Positions 40,151-52,310 of a stretch of 64,000 bases of DNA are shown here, piece after piece; positions within the stretch are counted from its first letter, which is position 1, and every line of letters starts with the position of its first letter. Location of the stretch: NCBI GenBank assembly GCA_028534125.1, contig CM052818.1:8000001-8064000 (forward strand), in the 5' to 3' direction. A program made the position numbers and the translations under genes. Origin of the DNA: Lama glama. Taxonomy: Eukaryota. The notes beneath the pieces were generated by a model, which was not told the origin of the DNA, did not search any database, and saw nothing but the letters and a program-made list of their open reading frames with translations.

Positions 40151-41329
40151 ATAACTATGGGTCGAACCAAACTAAAAATAAGAAGATGAAATGAAATTAT
40201 AAATGCTAAAATAATAAAAAATATTTTTTCCTTGAGTATAATTGAAAACAGACTCTATGGATATTGAAAATTAAGGAAAAGGAAACTGACATTTGTTGAA
40301 TAATTATCTGCCACACATTTTCAAATATCCCATTTACACCTTGGTAACTTAATATAGTATAGTTTGAAAAGCATAGGAGACTTCTTTTTATTAGTCTATG
40401 ATTTGTTTGAGTTTTAGGGCAAAACATGATCGTAATCTAGAATCTTTCTTGTTTTGTTTTTATCGTACTGATTTTTAAATATCAGGTATAATTTCCTATT
40501 GCACTACGGAATTATTAACGTTTAAGCCCTGATGATGTATGCCTGTGTTAAATATATTAAGGTGAAACTGATCCCTTCTCAGGGGACCTTGCTGGTTATT
40601 TACAGACTTTCATTTCAGTAAGAAAAAGCTGTTCTTTCCTGAGTCCATTCAACCACTGAAACAAAATACTGAAAGCATTATATAAATAATAGTGCTGTGA
40701 CAAACCTTTGATAAAGGTGAAAATAACCAATCAGGGAAGAAAGAGTATGAAGGAAGGTCCAATCACAATATAAAAGGATTCACCACAGAATTCTTATAAA
40801 CTGTGAGCATTTTAGAGCTTGTTTACATTTTATTAAGAACTCATCATAGAGACCATAGGCCTGAGAACTTAGAGTCACTATCAAATAAGGGAAGTTAAAA
40901 TAGAAATAAAGCTTCTCTGATATAATACAGTAACTTAAAAAGATGTTATTTTATTTAACAGTCATCCACAAAACATTAATATTTTATGTTGGAGCTTAAT
41001 TTTGTGTTATCTGTGAACTTTGCTAAGCAAATAGTGTGAGGATTCTTTAGTGCCTAAGAAATACCTATTGTAATCATGTTCTAGATACATCAGTTTACTT
41101 ACAAACTGTTGATACATTAATTTAAAAAATCCTTAAATAGTCATTCAAGTAACTTCCTCTGTGGACTTTCTTAAGCACAATAAATTAGAGTAAATTTGGC
41201 CAGAGAATAGGTTCCATCTATATGTATATCTTTCGCCATGGATTAATTATATAAGTCTAAACTGACACCTGTCTCAGGTGCTTAAGCAGAAGCTTAACTG
41301 AAAGGCTCGTTTAGCACAGCGTTAGGCAG

Positions 41330-41670
41330 AGGGAGGTCGTGTAGGAGCACCACACAGATATCCTGGGCAGGAATCTAGTCCTGTTACCCTAGCAAACTGA
41401 TCAAACTTGTGCAAATTACTTTACTTCCCTGTATCTCAGTTTCCATATCTGTAAATTAAGAGGTTTAGAGTCCATCAGACTTGATTGGGGGGAGGGGTTG
41501 TGCAAATAGACTACTTGGAAAAACTGCTGTTTCCTGCTCAGAAAAATACTTTTATGCATAAACACATACAGTGCATATGCACACAAATATACACACAACT
41601 TAGTACCTAGTATCAGAGGGTTATTGTGAGAATTAAATGAAATAGTGAATATAAAGAGCATTTAGTAGGT
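41330..41670 (+). mobile_element. MIR, interrupted
   Basis: ttccctgtatctcagtttccatatctgtaaa...agagggttattgtgagaattaaatgaaatag. Confidence 0.8.
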
Positions 41671-43199
41671 ATTTTAAAGTGTTATCACCCCTTTATTTCC
41701 GTGCAATGGAAGGGTTTTCTGGCTTCTAATTTTTGATAAAAGCCATAGAAAAGAAGTTTTTTAACTCTCTTTTGGGGGAAAAAAAGATTTAGAAGTGTAC
41801 AACTATCAAGTTGCATGTGATATATTCCACATTTTATAAGTCCATTTCTTTCATCAGTTACTAGTGTTTGTTTTTTTGGAGGAGGGGGAGGCAATCTGTC
41901 ATCAGTGTTGACAAGTGAAATCTGACAAGGTTGAGGTGATATAGCTGCGGGCCACCTGAAAATTTTTCACCATCTCTCTTATTTGAAGTCTGTCTGTCTT
42001 TTTTCATTCTTGCTCACTTAGCAATAATCTTTGATTTATGCACTCTTTAAAACAGTAACTCTAAATTGACAAATTATTTCAGCAGTTAGCATTGGTTTAG
42101 ATAAAAGCATTTCAGTGTTCTTGTGTCTTTAACTCATCTCTTTAGGAATTATTCTTGAAATTCAGTTTATTTTCTCTTCAAAGTTGCATTCCTTTCTGTC
42201 TATTCACATGTAGCATAAAGCTATATTTATGGAATGACAATCTAGAATTAATTATCATGATCACATTGCTAACATTTCTATTTTCCTTGTCTTTTCATTG
42301 TTGTGATTGAGATATATCCTAAAAAGAATGAACTTCATGTTTTTAAAGATCAAAGGTGGGTACATGTGTTTGAGGTCGTGGTGAGCAAAGATTATTGTAT
42401 GGTTGTTATTATTTGTTTATGCAAGCCTACTTTTCCCCCTAAAATGCCTGATGTAAGCCATTGCAGTTATTTTGTGAGGTGTTGGAAAAAATGCACTTCA
42501 ACTAAATACAAGTCTCTTTGGAATAATGGAAAATTGTGTGCAGCAAAATATTTGAAATGAGCATCAGCAAACAAGATGTTTGTATTAACAGGAACCTAGA
42601 AAATGGCTATGCAAAGGTCAGCACTGATCTTTAAATATTAGTGAAATTTAATTTGCTGCATGTAATGAGTAGAAAGAAGAAGAGGACGCAGACCACCATG
42701 AAGAAGCCATTGATAAATTGTCCAAATGTCAAAACTGCTTACAATACGGAAAATGTTAAATTGACAAGATCTGTTTACCTAACTGAATTAAACAGTTTGA
42801 ACAATGCTCTAGAGAAATAGTCTCCAAATTTAAGTATATTAGGAGGTTTTTAAAAGATTTTTGCCATAATTTATTTTGGGAAAGTGAGGGGATTCCTACT
42901 ATTGTTTCTAAGCATAGAATTTCTTCTGACCTCTTTAAGAAAGAATGATGCACAAGTTCTCTTGAAATGTAGGAATCTGTTGCCTTTTGCTTCATCTAGA
43001 AAGAGCATCATCTGACCAGTTGTTAGTATCTATAAAGAACCACCCTGGCCATGATGCTTTTGCACAGCACTAACTGAATTGAGTTCAAAGAGCTTTCTGT
43101 GAGGTTATGCCCAATTTTAAAAAATGTGAATTGAATGTTCTTTTATCTTCTTCATTTGTAAAGTTGAAAAAGTTTTAAAAAGAATTAAATATGTCCAAT

Positions 43200-43800
43200 G
43201 TATATAAGAAAGGATTTATATTAATACACAAAGAATGGGATAGAGAACTCCTTAGAAAGATGGGCGAAAGCTAGGAACAGGTAACTTACAGAAGACACAA
43301 AATTCTTAAAAAATACATGAAATGATGTTTAATCTCTTTAATTAACAGGAAAATGAAACTTAAAACTGCAAACATCCATTTTTTTTTTACCTACCAGATT
43401 GGCAAAAATTAAAAACTTTGATAATGTCCCGTGTCATTGAGGACATACGGAAAAGGGCAGTCATATTATTGGTGGAAATGTAAATTGCTACAGTCATCTT
43501 GGGGACCAGTTTGGCAGTACCTATCAAAATGTAAGGTGTGCATGTATATTTTCTTAGTATCATTGTTTGTAAGATGAGAAAAGAAAAACTCTTGTTCATT
43601 GAAGAAATAGGTAAATTATGATCAGAATCCAATGGAACATCTGGCAGCTGTTAAAAAAAAATGAAATAAATCTGTACACGCTAACAGAAAATATCCATGC
43701 TGTGCTGTTCACTGAAAGAAGGAAAAAAAGCAGATTGTATGTTTAGTAACTGATCTAGATGTTTATATGCTAAGAGATAATATGTAATATAGAAAAGATC
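43200..43800 (+). mobile_element. L1ME-type ORF2-end/3' fragment
   Basis: ttacctaccagattggcaaaaattaaaaactttgataat...ttggtggaaatgtaaattgctacagtc. Confidence 0.85.
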
Positions 43801-43941
43801 TAGATACATTTGAAATACTAATTTAATAATATTTGAAGATAAATGTCACTAAGGGAGCTAGGACATTTATTTGATAACTGCTGTTTGCATATAATTTAAG
43901 GATAAAATTTTCAGTGTTACAATTAGTTACACAGTGCCCAC

Positions 43942-44162
43942 TAATAATGTTCAGCGCTTTTCATCTTCAAAGCATTACATAGCATTAATTAATCCTTACA
44001 GCACTTTTACAAATGTAGGTCAGCATCGTTATCCCTGTTTTTGTAAGTGGAGAAGTTGAGGTAGAGAGGTTACATGATTCAGGGAAAGTGCCCCAGCAGG
44101 ATTAGAATTAAGGCATTTTGGGCCCAGAGCCTAGCCTTTAGAGCTGTAGAACCACACCTTCT
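43942..44162 (-). mobile_element. CORE-SINE (MIR1_Amn/MIR3-like)
   Basis: agcgcttttcatcttcaaagcattaca..cattaattaatccttacagcac...ttatccctgttttt..agtggagaagttgagg. Confidence 0.7.
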
Positions 44163-44439
44163 TTAGAAGACTTAATCTTTGTGTCCTTGATAAAACTTTA
44201 CTTCTCATTAAACCATACTGAGGTCATCACTACATTAAAGTTCAGAAACAACAAGTTAGATCACTATATAACACTTAAACACACACATAAACCATTTTCG
44301 CTTTCCTGTCTCTATATTGTCTTAATCTGTCTTTTCCATTGTCTCCTTGTTGGAGAACTACCAAAATATCTATCCTTGACTTTATTTTTCTTCTGGGATC
44401 TTATTTTGTGGCTTTAACTTTCCTTTATATTTAGAAAAT

Positions 44440-45405
44440 CCCAAAATAGCCTTTATATAGTCCAGGCCTCTTTTCTATATTGCTAGCTACCAGCTAGAGG
44501 TTTCTACTTATTTTAATCCTCATACCTTAAATTCCCGTTGTGTCTAAAATTCAATTTATTGATTTTAGCAAAATTTGCTCCTTTTCTAGACTAACCTGTT
44601 TTTATGTATGTTTCAGTCCAAGTCCTGAAACTAGGATAAACCAGGTGGGAACTGGTCTGGGTAAGCGGTTCCTGGAAACCAGGCACGGCCAGACAGTGGC
44701 TGTTGATTCTTTCTTCAAAAGATCACTTGAATTTTTTTCTGTATTTCCATTCCACTGTCACCATCCCAGTTCAAGTCCTTGCCACTAGTTAATTGGTGTT
44801 TATCTGTTACTTTATTACCTAACCAGATTACTTGTATCAAAAATCCCTTAAATATTCCCACCCACACAGCTAATCTTCCAACAATTCTGATCTGTTGATT
44901 ACCCTTTCCAAAATCCCTACCAGATCAGAAACTTTTCATTATTCATCACTAGCTACCTAGCAAGATATAAAGTCCTAATTCCTAAATTTGGCATTTAAAG
45001 ACTTACTTAATATGGTCCTAATTCATTTCTCCTATTTATGCACCAAACCACTTGCTTAATATATTTTAAATAAGCCTTGCATCTTTCTAATTTATGTTTT
45101 TGTATATTGTTCCCTCCTTTTTCTGTCTTCCTCTGTCAAATCCCAGCAGTCCTCAGATGTCCTCTACTTTAGAAGAACATTTCTTTATTACCAAACTAGA
45201 ACATCTTAGTGAACACCCTTTGTTTATGTTGCTAAATTTGCACCTACCACAAACTTTATATTATTGTTTTTGTGATTATTGTTATTCGCTACATTGGATT
45301 TTAGATATTCAATAGTAAGAGACCCTGCTTTGTAAATCTTTGTATCTATGACTCATAGTAAAATGCCAAACACCTAAGGTGCTCAAAGTATTTGTGATAT
45401 TTAAT
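44440..45405 (+). mobile_element. L2 fragment
   Basis: ccattccactgtcaccatcccagttcaagtcc...aaagtcctaattcctaaatttggcatttaaagac...gtgctcaaagtatttgtga. Confidence 0.75.
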
Positions 45406-48400
45406 TAACAATTAAATATCTCTGAGGCACAAATGACCCAGTGTTCCTAATCACTCCAGTCTTTTATTAGAATAGGTTCAATCCAAGCTCGAGGTCTCTT
45501 TTATTTTGAGACTCTTCTGCCCTTTTACAAGAACTTTATCAATTGTTTAATTGTTTGGTTTAGTGTTGAGTATTTAAAAAATCTTTATTTCTGATAATCT
45601 GACATTGATTAAATATGTTTACTTAATATTTCTTGCATATGCTTAACAGATAATTAATGTAATTCTATGTAGATGACATTAGACAAGAGATTGACAGGAA
45701 TACACTATATTTTAATGTCATTTGGAAATTACCCAATGATGACTGGAACACCTAACACAACTAGTGGTTTAGCTTAAATTTGTGCTATTTAGTTGTCTTC
45801 AATTTTGTACATTTTGAATTAGTGAATAGTCAGTCCTCAGAAAGTCTATTGATAATTAATAGCAAGTATATGTTCTGAGTTTATGCTCAAGAAAGATTTC
45901 CTTAGGCTCTTGTAGGTATTTTTCTATTCATTTCAAATATTTTGTTGGCACCATGGTATCATTCATCTTTGTTCAACTACTGCAGTGTCTTCTCTTTGTT
46001 AATTCATTCTTTCCCATCATGTTTTACATTAGGGTTTTATTTGCCCTCAAGCTCCCTCTCCTTTTCAGAGCAGTCAAAATAGCTGACTTCAGAACCAGGG
46101 AACACAAATATTCTGCAGATTTATTTAGTGGCAAGTAATCTTCACTTCTAAAAAGCTTTATTTTCCAAAAGAAGATTATAAAAAGTATAAAAAATTCACA
46201 GCATCTTGATACAACGGTTTCTGTTTTACGTTACTTTCTTAAAATTTACCTATATGGTAACAGTTAATCTTAAAACAAATATTATTGTAATGTAATCTAT
46301 TTTGGAGGGAAGGCTTTAAACTTTTTGAGGATATAAGTAGAAAGTAAGAAGGACACTCTAGGATCCTCTTTCTCTCTGTCCTCAAAATTCAGGCTATCAT
46401 AGATTCTCCCCCCTGACAAGGGAACAGTTGAGCTTTAGATCAAGCTCTGCTTAAATCATGTTTCTTATTGTCTCATGGAGACTGGAAGTTTGGATTCAGG
46501 ATGGCCTTCTGACACATTTCAGACTGTCATCAACTACCTTATAAAATTAAACGTTAATTGTAAAAGTTAAAAAGATATTTTGAAAGAAATGAAAACTAAA
46601 TTATGGGCAAGTTTTTTGTTTTGTATAGGGTTTTCCTTTGCTATTCTTTTCATTTGGATAATTCTTCTTCTATTCAATATTAAGAAAATTTGCTCTCCTT
46701 TTTAGTCATTATTTTATTTATTTTCCCCCTATATAACTACGTTTGGTCTAATTCTAAGTCATGTGCATTGGATTTTACCCCTAGAGAAATGCATAAGGGC
46801 ACTGAGTGGGGTAGCATTGCTCTGCTTTTTTAGGTCCTCCCTATTTCATTACCTTTATAATCCCTGCCCACACACCCTCCCAAAATGCAGAATCTAGCAT
46901 TCTTCTGAAATTCTTTTCTTTCCTCCTTCAGAACAACTTTTTGTGCACTAATACAATATTTGAATAGTACGAGCTCAGTCTTGACTGCTTCCTCCAGGCA
47001 AAATGAAGAAATTATAGCATTCTTTTTAACTGGTGGCATTCTTGAGTACGATGCAAGATGTTTAAAAGTCTGTGTCTTTCAAAAAACCCGCACAGTGTAA
47101 AAGATGGTAAGGCATTTTGGGACTAAAAGAATATCGATTTGATCTCCTCCCACCATGTCCATCTAGTAATTAGAGATTTTTACAAGTTAAAAATTTACTT
47201 CATTAATTTGCTCTAATTTTATATGGTCTTATTAGCAGATATTTGAAGTTCAGGGATAAAGAAGGATGAATAACCCACATTTGACTATCTTTTGCCTGCC
47301 TGCTAATGCATGACCCCTGCAAAGCTACCTCCTTAATTACACATATTTTGGGGATCCTGCAGGATTTGTCACATGTGTTGATAAATAAGTCCAATCATTT
47401 ACTAATGGCCGTTGGCCATTTTCTTCCCCCTTGCCTCACGCTTATTTATCAATACATGTGACAACATTACTTGCTAGGCCTGCTCCATCAACTGATTACT
47501 GCTACCACCATGTCTGCTTTCGCTGAGCGTGGGTCCCGCTTTGTCTGAATACCACCACTCTGAGTACATTAATGCAACTGGTTACCAGTCCTGCTTACTT
47601 TCTATGCACTGCCCCCTGTGGCTACTTCACCACCCTTCTTAAACCAGTATTCCAGGGGCCATAAAGGGGTTCTTTCTTAAGTAGACTGTCTCTCTCTCTT
47701 TTGTCCTGTTCTTCCTAGTGGGAAACTAGAGCAGTATTGTTTATACATCAGAGCATTTTTAGAGATAGCTTGTACATTTTACTCAGTTCTCCAACCCTGT
47801 TGAAACTGGATATGAATCCTGGGTTCAAGTCCAGATCATTGACTCTACTCAGTACTATTCTCAGAATTTCCCCTTAAGTCCAAATGCAAAGGGTAAGGGG
47901 CTTTGCTCTTGACCTTTGATGCTCTCCACAGACCTCATTTTGCTTATTCTCCTCTAAGCGCCATAATTTCTGTATAGTTTAGGATTTTCAGTCTTAGTGA
48001 AGATATGCAAGGGCCCTATTGGTTGTCAAGTTAACAGCTTCTCTGCCTCTTATAAATTAGCCAGTGTGGATTGAAAAAAAAAAAAGCTATGCTCCACTCT
48101 CCATTTCTGTTACCAGGGGAACATTTTGACAAATTCTTTATTATTGATCAACTCAAACTGAAAAATACAACTTCAGGTGCAGCCTTGTTTTGATATGTAA
48201 GTAAAAGAGTGGCCTTTTTGGTTTCAGATATAGAATTTTATCTCTTTAATTTACATGACCAAACCTTTTTATGTAGCTACTGACTGCTAAACGTCATTTT
48301 TGTCTTTGCCCCAATTATCATAAATTCTAATTTTTGGTATCTGAATAAACATTGAATTGAGGAATGTGAGTTTTTATTTTCTAGTATAGTCTAGAAATTG

Positions 48401-48689
48401 TGACTTATAGTGCTCAGTGTGAGAGGAAGTATGCATCTGTTTTATCACATTCTTTCTTCTCTATTCCTAGTGAAATATTAATCCCTTTGCATGTCCTAAT
48501 TGAAGACTTCCTTTCTGTAGAAACTTCTCATACAGATATTTTTCCTTCATAAAACCCCTGTTGTACTTAGCACTTATTCATTCATTCATTTCACTATTTT
48601 ACTATATAAGGTGAGAGATCATATTTAATACTTTGGTTTTTTCCATATAAATTTGCATAGTGCTAGACCTATGAGTAATAATAAGGTAA

Positions 48690-48835
48690 TTGAATAAAGG
48701 TATCCCCAAACAGTCCTGTGGTTGGTACTTTATTATACCCATTTTATGGCTGGGGAACTTAGAGGAGTAATTTGTGCAAATTGGCTAGTAGGCTGAGAAG
48801 TTAGAATAAGAAGCCAGGCAGTTAGAATCCACACA
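48690..48835 (-). mobile_element. MIR fragment
   Basis: tattatacccattttatggctggggaactt...aagccaggcagttagaatcc. Confidence 0.7.
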
Positions 48836-49479
48836 TTAAATTTAATAAATACAAAATTTATTTAATTCATTAACTGATTCTTTAAACATTCCAGACCTCA
48901 CCCATCCAGATGAGAACAGTGCAGTTTACATATTCTAGTATAGAGTAAATATTTTAGTTTAAAAAGTACAACTGTAGAGTAATAATTCTGAAATAAGTCT
49001 GATAAAACTAACTGAAAGCAATTCTAAAGAACACAACTTTGGAAATATTTTGGGTATAGCAGTCTTGACAACTCAGAAAGATAATACAAAGTTGAAATGA
49101 ACATTTCATAATTAATAGCCCCTTTTCTCTGTTGCCTGCTGGTAAGGAGCTGCATCCTCTCATAGTAATGAGCCTACCAGCTCTCCTACCCCATATTTGT
49201 ATGCAGTGGCAGCCAGCTTCTGATTAGAGCAGGGAAGATCTGGAGGTCGAAGAGTCCTTTGTTTTCATCTCTAACCTTTTAAGGCACTTTAGTGTAAGGA
49301 AAGGAGTAAATTCAGATCAAGGCAAAATTTACTGTTTATTATTACAGTCTGTTTCCTTACTACCCTTTTCAACTTCATTTTTCTTGTATCCAACATATAT
49401 CTTGGTCTGCCGCCATCCTTTTACCCAAACTACTGTGTACTCTGCCCCCTGCACCTGTACATAGCCCAATAAGTAAGTG

Positions 49480-49700
49480 TGCTGTGCTTGCCAGCACAGA
49501 CTCTGGAGGCAGTCTGCTTTGGTTCAGAGCCTGCCTCCATTACCTGCTGGCTATCTGTCTTTTCTGTACCTTGGTTTCCTCATTATACAAGTAATGATGG
49601 TACTACTACACAGAGTAGCTAAGAGGAATAAGTGAGTTAATACATGTAAAATTTTAGAAGAATGCTTGTTACTAGGTAGGTACATAATAAGTATTATCTG
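49480..49700 (+). mobile_element. MIR
   Basis: agcacagactctggaggcagtctgctttggttcagagcctgcctcc...ctgtaccttggtttcctcat...gagttaatacatgtaaa. Confidence 0.85.
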
Positions 49701-50316
49701 TTGCTGCTCTCTTTTTAAATGCAGGTAGAATAAAATATCTGGATCTATCATAACATGCAGATTAACAAATGAATCTGGATGCTAATATGGCTTCACACAG
49801 TTTACTTTTAAGTAAATGTTTCCTATAGTAGTAACTATATACCATTTACCTTGCAAATTCTACTTTAATTAGCCTGTTTATATGTGGGAGATCATAAATA
49901 CTTGCTTTGTATATTAAAAGTATGCCACAAAATGTGTTTGTACTTAATAACTACCTAACAGATGTTTCTTTTCCTTAAAAAGATATTTAAAAAAATGCTT
50001 AAATACTAAATAATTTTAAATATATGTTTAAAAACCAAGCTTATATTATTAAAAGCCCAAATATATGTATTATTCTTACCGCAGTTCTCAATGTGATGAC
50101 ATACTAAATCTAGGAAAAGAAGTGTACTTTTCCTTTTCCTAGAGTTTATTTCTGGGTGGTTAACCAAGAATGCATTAAAGTGTGCTTATTCTAATGAATC
50201 ATATCTCAAATATCAATACTGGCAAATGATTCTTTTTATTATTTCTCAGAGATCTTGGTTTTATTGGCAATAGAAGATAATTAATTGGCACCTCTTTTTA
50301 ATTCTTTTTTAAACAG

Positions 50317-50340
50317 GACTGCTAGTCCTTCTGCTATCAG
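50317..50340 (+). other. WDPCP: 5' part of WDPCP exon 2, non-coding in this species (GAC TGC TAG TCC TTC TGC TAT CAG)
   Basis: Homologous to human DRDSFCHQ but carries an in-frame TAG at 50323-50325. Confidence 0.85.
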
Positions 50341-50401
50341 ATGTCTTTCTGCTTGACTGAACTGCACCTGTGGTCTTTGAAGAATACCTTACACATTGGG
50401 G
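50341..50401 (+). CDS. WDPCP: WDPCP (Fritz) coding part of exon 2; the full exon is 50317-50401 (85 nt)
   Basis: Translates as MSFCLTELHLWSLKNTLHIG+G, matching the recalled WDPCP N-terminal sequence MSFCLTELHLWSLKNTLHIAD. Acceptor tctttttt-aaacAG ends at 50316 and donor GTaaat starts at 50402. The phase-1 join to the next exon keeps the frame. Confidence 0.96.
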
Positions 50402-51072
50402 GTAAATAGCACTGGATTAATTTCAATATTTTTCAAATATAAGTTACAACAATATAAATTAGTACTAGCAAAGGTTAGAGCCTAGATTCTTTAGCTGAAA
50501 TTGCATTATTTTCTTTACACTTAACGAAAAATTGGCTACTGAAAAGTAATTTCTTTTATTTAATTCTGACTAACTTATTTCTCAACTTGAGTTAGATTTT
50601 CTATTTTGGAAATTCATTTCATTGACTTAATAGCTAGTTTTTCTTGGGTTTGTTCGTAAAAATTGATTTATATTTGTAAATATTTGCATACTTGCTAATG
50701 GTAAATGCATTTGTATTGATAATAAAGTAATATTTCAAACATACAGGTAAGATGTACAATTATATTCTTTTTTTGCATTTCACATTTTTTCAGGAGGAGT
50801 AATATAAATATGTTTTAATGATGTTTGTTTAGTATTTCAGTATAAAGTGTTTTATATCATTAGGAAACATCTTTTGAAAAATCTTTTCCTCTTTGAGTAT
50901 CTAAAGCAACTCTTATTTAGGAGAACAGTTTTATTAATGTGTCTTTAGCATCATTACTAAGAAAATGATTTACCTTGCAAAGCATTCTTGCTTAATATTA
51001 AATATATAATTACAGATGGATGTCATTATAATTTCATTAAGTTTAGTTTGCTTAAAATGCATAAAGATAGAA

Positions 51073-52310
51073 TTTCCAGTTAAACAAGGTAGGAAGACTT
51101 AACACACATTTGATTCCTCCCCAGATTCTTCTAAAATGAGAGTTAATGAATTAAGGTGTAAACCCACAAGGACTAAGAGACTAGGAGAGGAGACAATTGT
51201 AGTTGAATAGTTTTTGGAAGGGATGGAAGAATTACCAGAGCTTAAAAATATGAATATCAAATGTCTACAGAGAATTCCAGTGACAGCCAGTTTGGGTCTT
51301 AAAACTCTAGAGAGGTATAGAAATTTGAGGAGTCAGATACTGCAGAAGGGTGGGGATGTGGCATGAGAGCGATAAGAAAAGGACTTGAAAATCTATGTAA
51401 GAAGTGGTGAGACATTTCTCAGACTAGAAATACTTAATTTAGGGAAACTCAAAACTAGTCACAGTGGAAGAAAACAGGGAATAAATCCCTTCATAATCAG
51501 ATTAATCTTAATCTAAGAATGTTGCAGCCAGTTGTACACTTTCCAAGAAGGAAGGAGCTGAGGGAGTCCTCTCTGGAGCGACTGCATGGCCCCAGAGAGA
51601 AGACCTATCAACACTGATATTTGAGGTCTTCCTCCAGTGAAACATCCTGGTCCCTGACTGATCAGTGAAGCCCACTAGTTGGCAAGCCCTGTTCATGTAT
51701 ATTGAGCCTCTAGTAAGCTTTCTAGTGCCTCACTCTATGAACAGCAAGAAATGAAATGTAGAAGTTTCAAGAAACATTTGATAATTGTACTAATTTTTTG
51801 GAAATTAAAAATATGTAGCAGAAAAAAATTAAAACTCAAGAGTCAAAGAAATTGTGTCAGAAAATAGAAAAAAGAAAGAAAGAAAATGAACTTATTTCAC
51901 TGCTGGTGAAAGTATAAATTGGTCCAGTCACTTTAGTAGACAATTTGGCATTATCTAGGATAGCTGAAGATGTATGTTGCCTACTGACCAAGAATTCCTC
52001 TACTAGATAGATTCCCTAGTGAAAGCCCCAATAACTTGTGCACTAGGGGGCTTATACAAAAATGTTTATAATAGTACTGTTTGTAATACAGGAAACTAGA
52101 AATAACCCAAATGTCATTCAGCAGGAGAATGGATAAATGCATTTAATATAAGAGAGAAAGTGAATGAATTACAGCTGCATGAAACAACATTGATGAATGT
52201 AAGAAACATAATATAGGACAAAAAATTTAAACTGTAGGTTGCAGAATAGTACATACAGTGTGATTGCATTTAGGAGAAGTTCAGAAACAACAGGTAAAAA
52301 AACTGCATAT
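51073..52310 (+). mobile_element. Old L1ME/HAL1-type 5' fragment followed by an L1ME 3' fragment
   Basis: aacccacaaggactaagagactaggagaggagacaa; cactgctggtgaaagtataaattgg...aacccaaatgtc..caggagaatggataaat. Confidence 0.7.

Larger units (their letters stand above)
1..50316 (+). other. WDPCP: Distal part of the long WDPCP first intron; exon 1 and the MDH1-shared promoter are expected left of the window
   Basis: No CpG island and no other recognisable coding exon upstream of exon 2. Gene order is inferred from the human locus. Confidence 0.7.
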
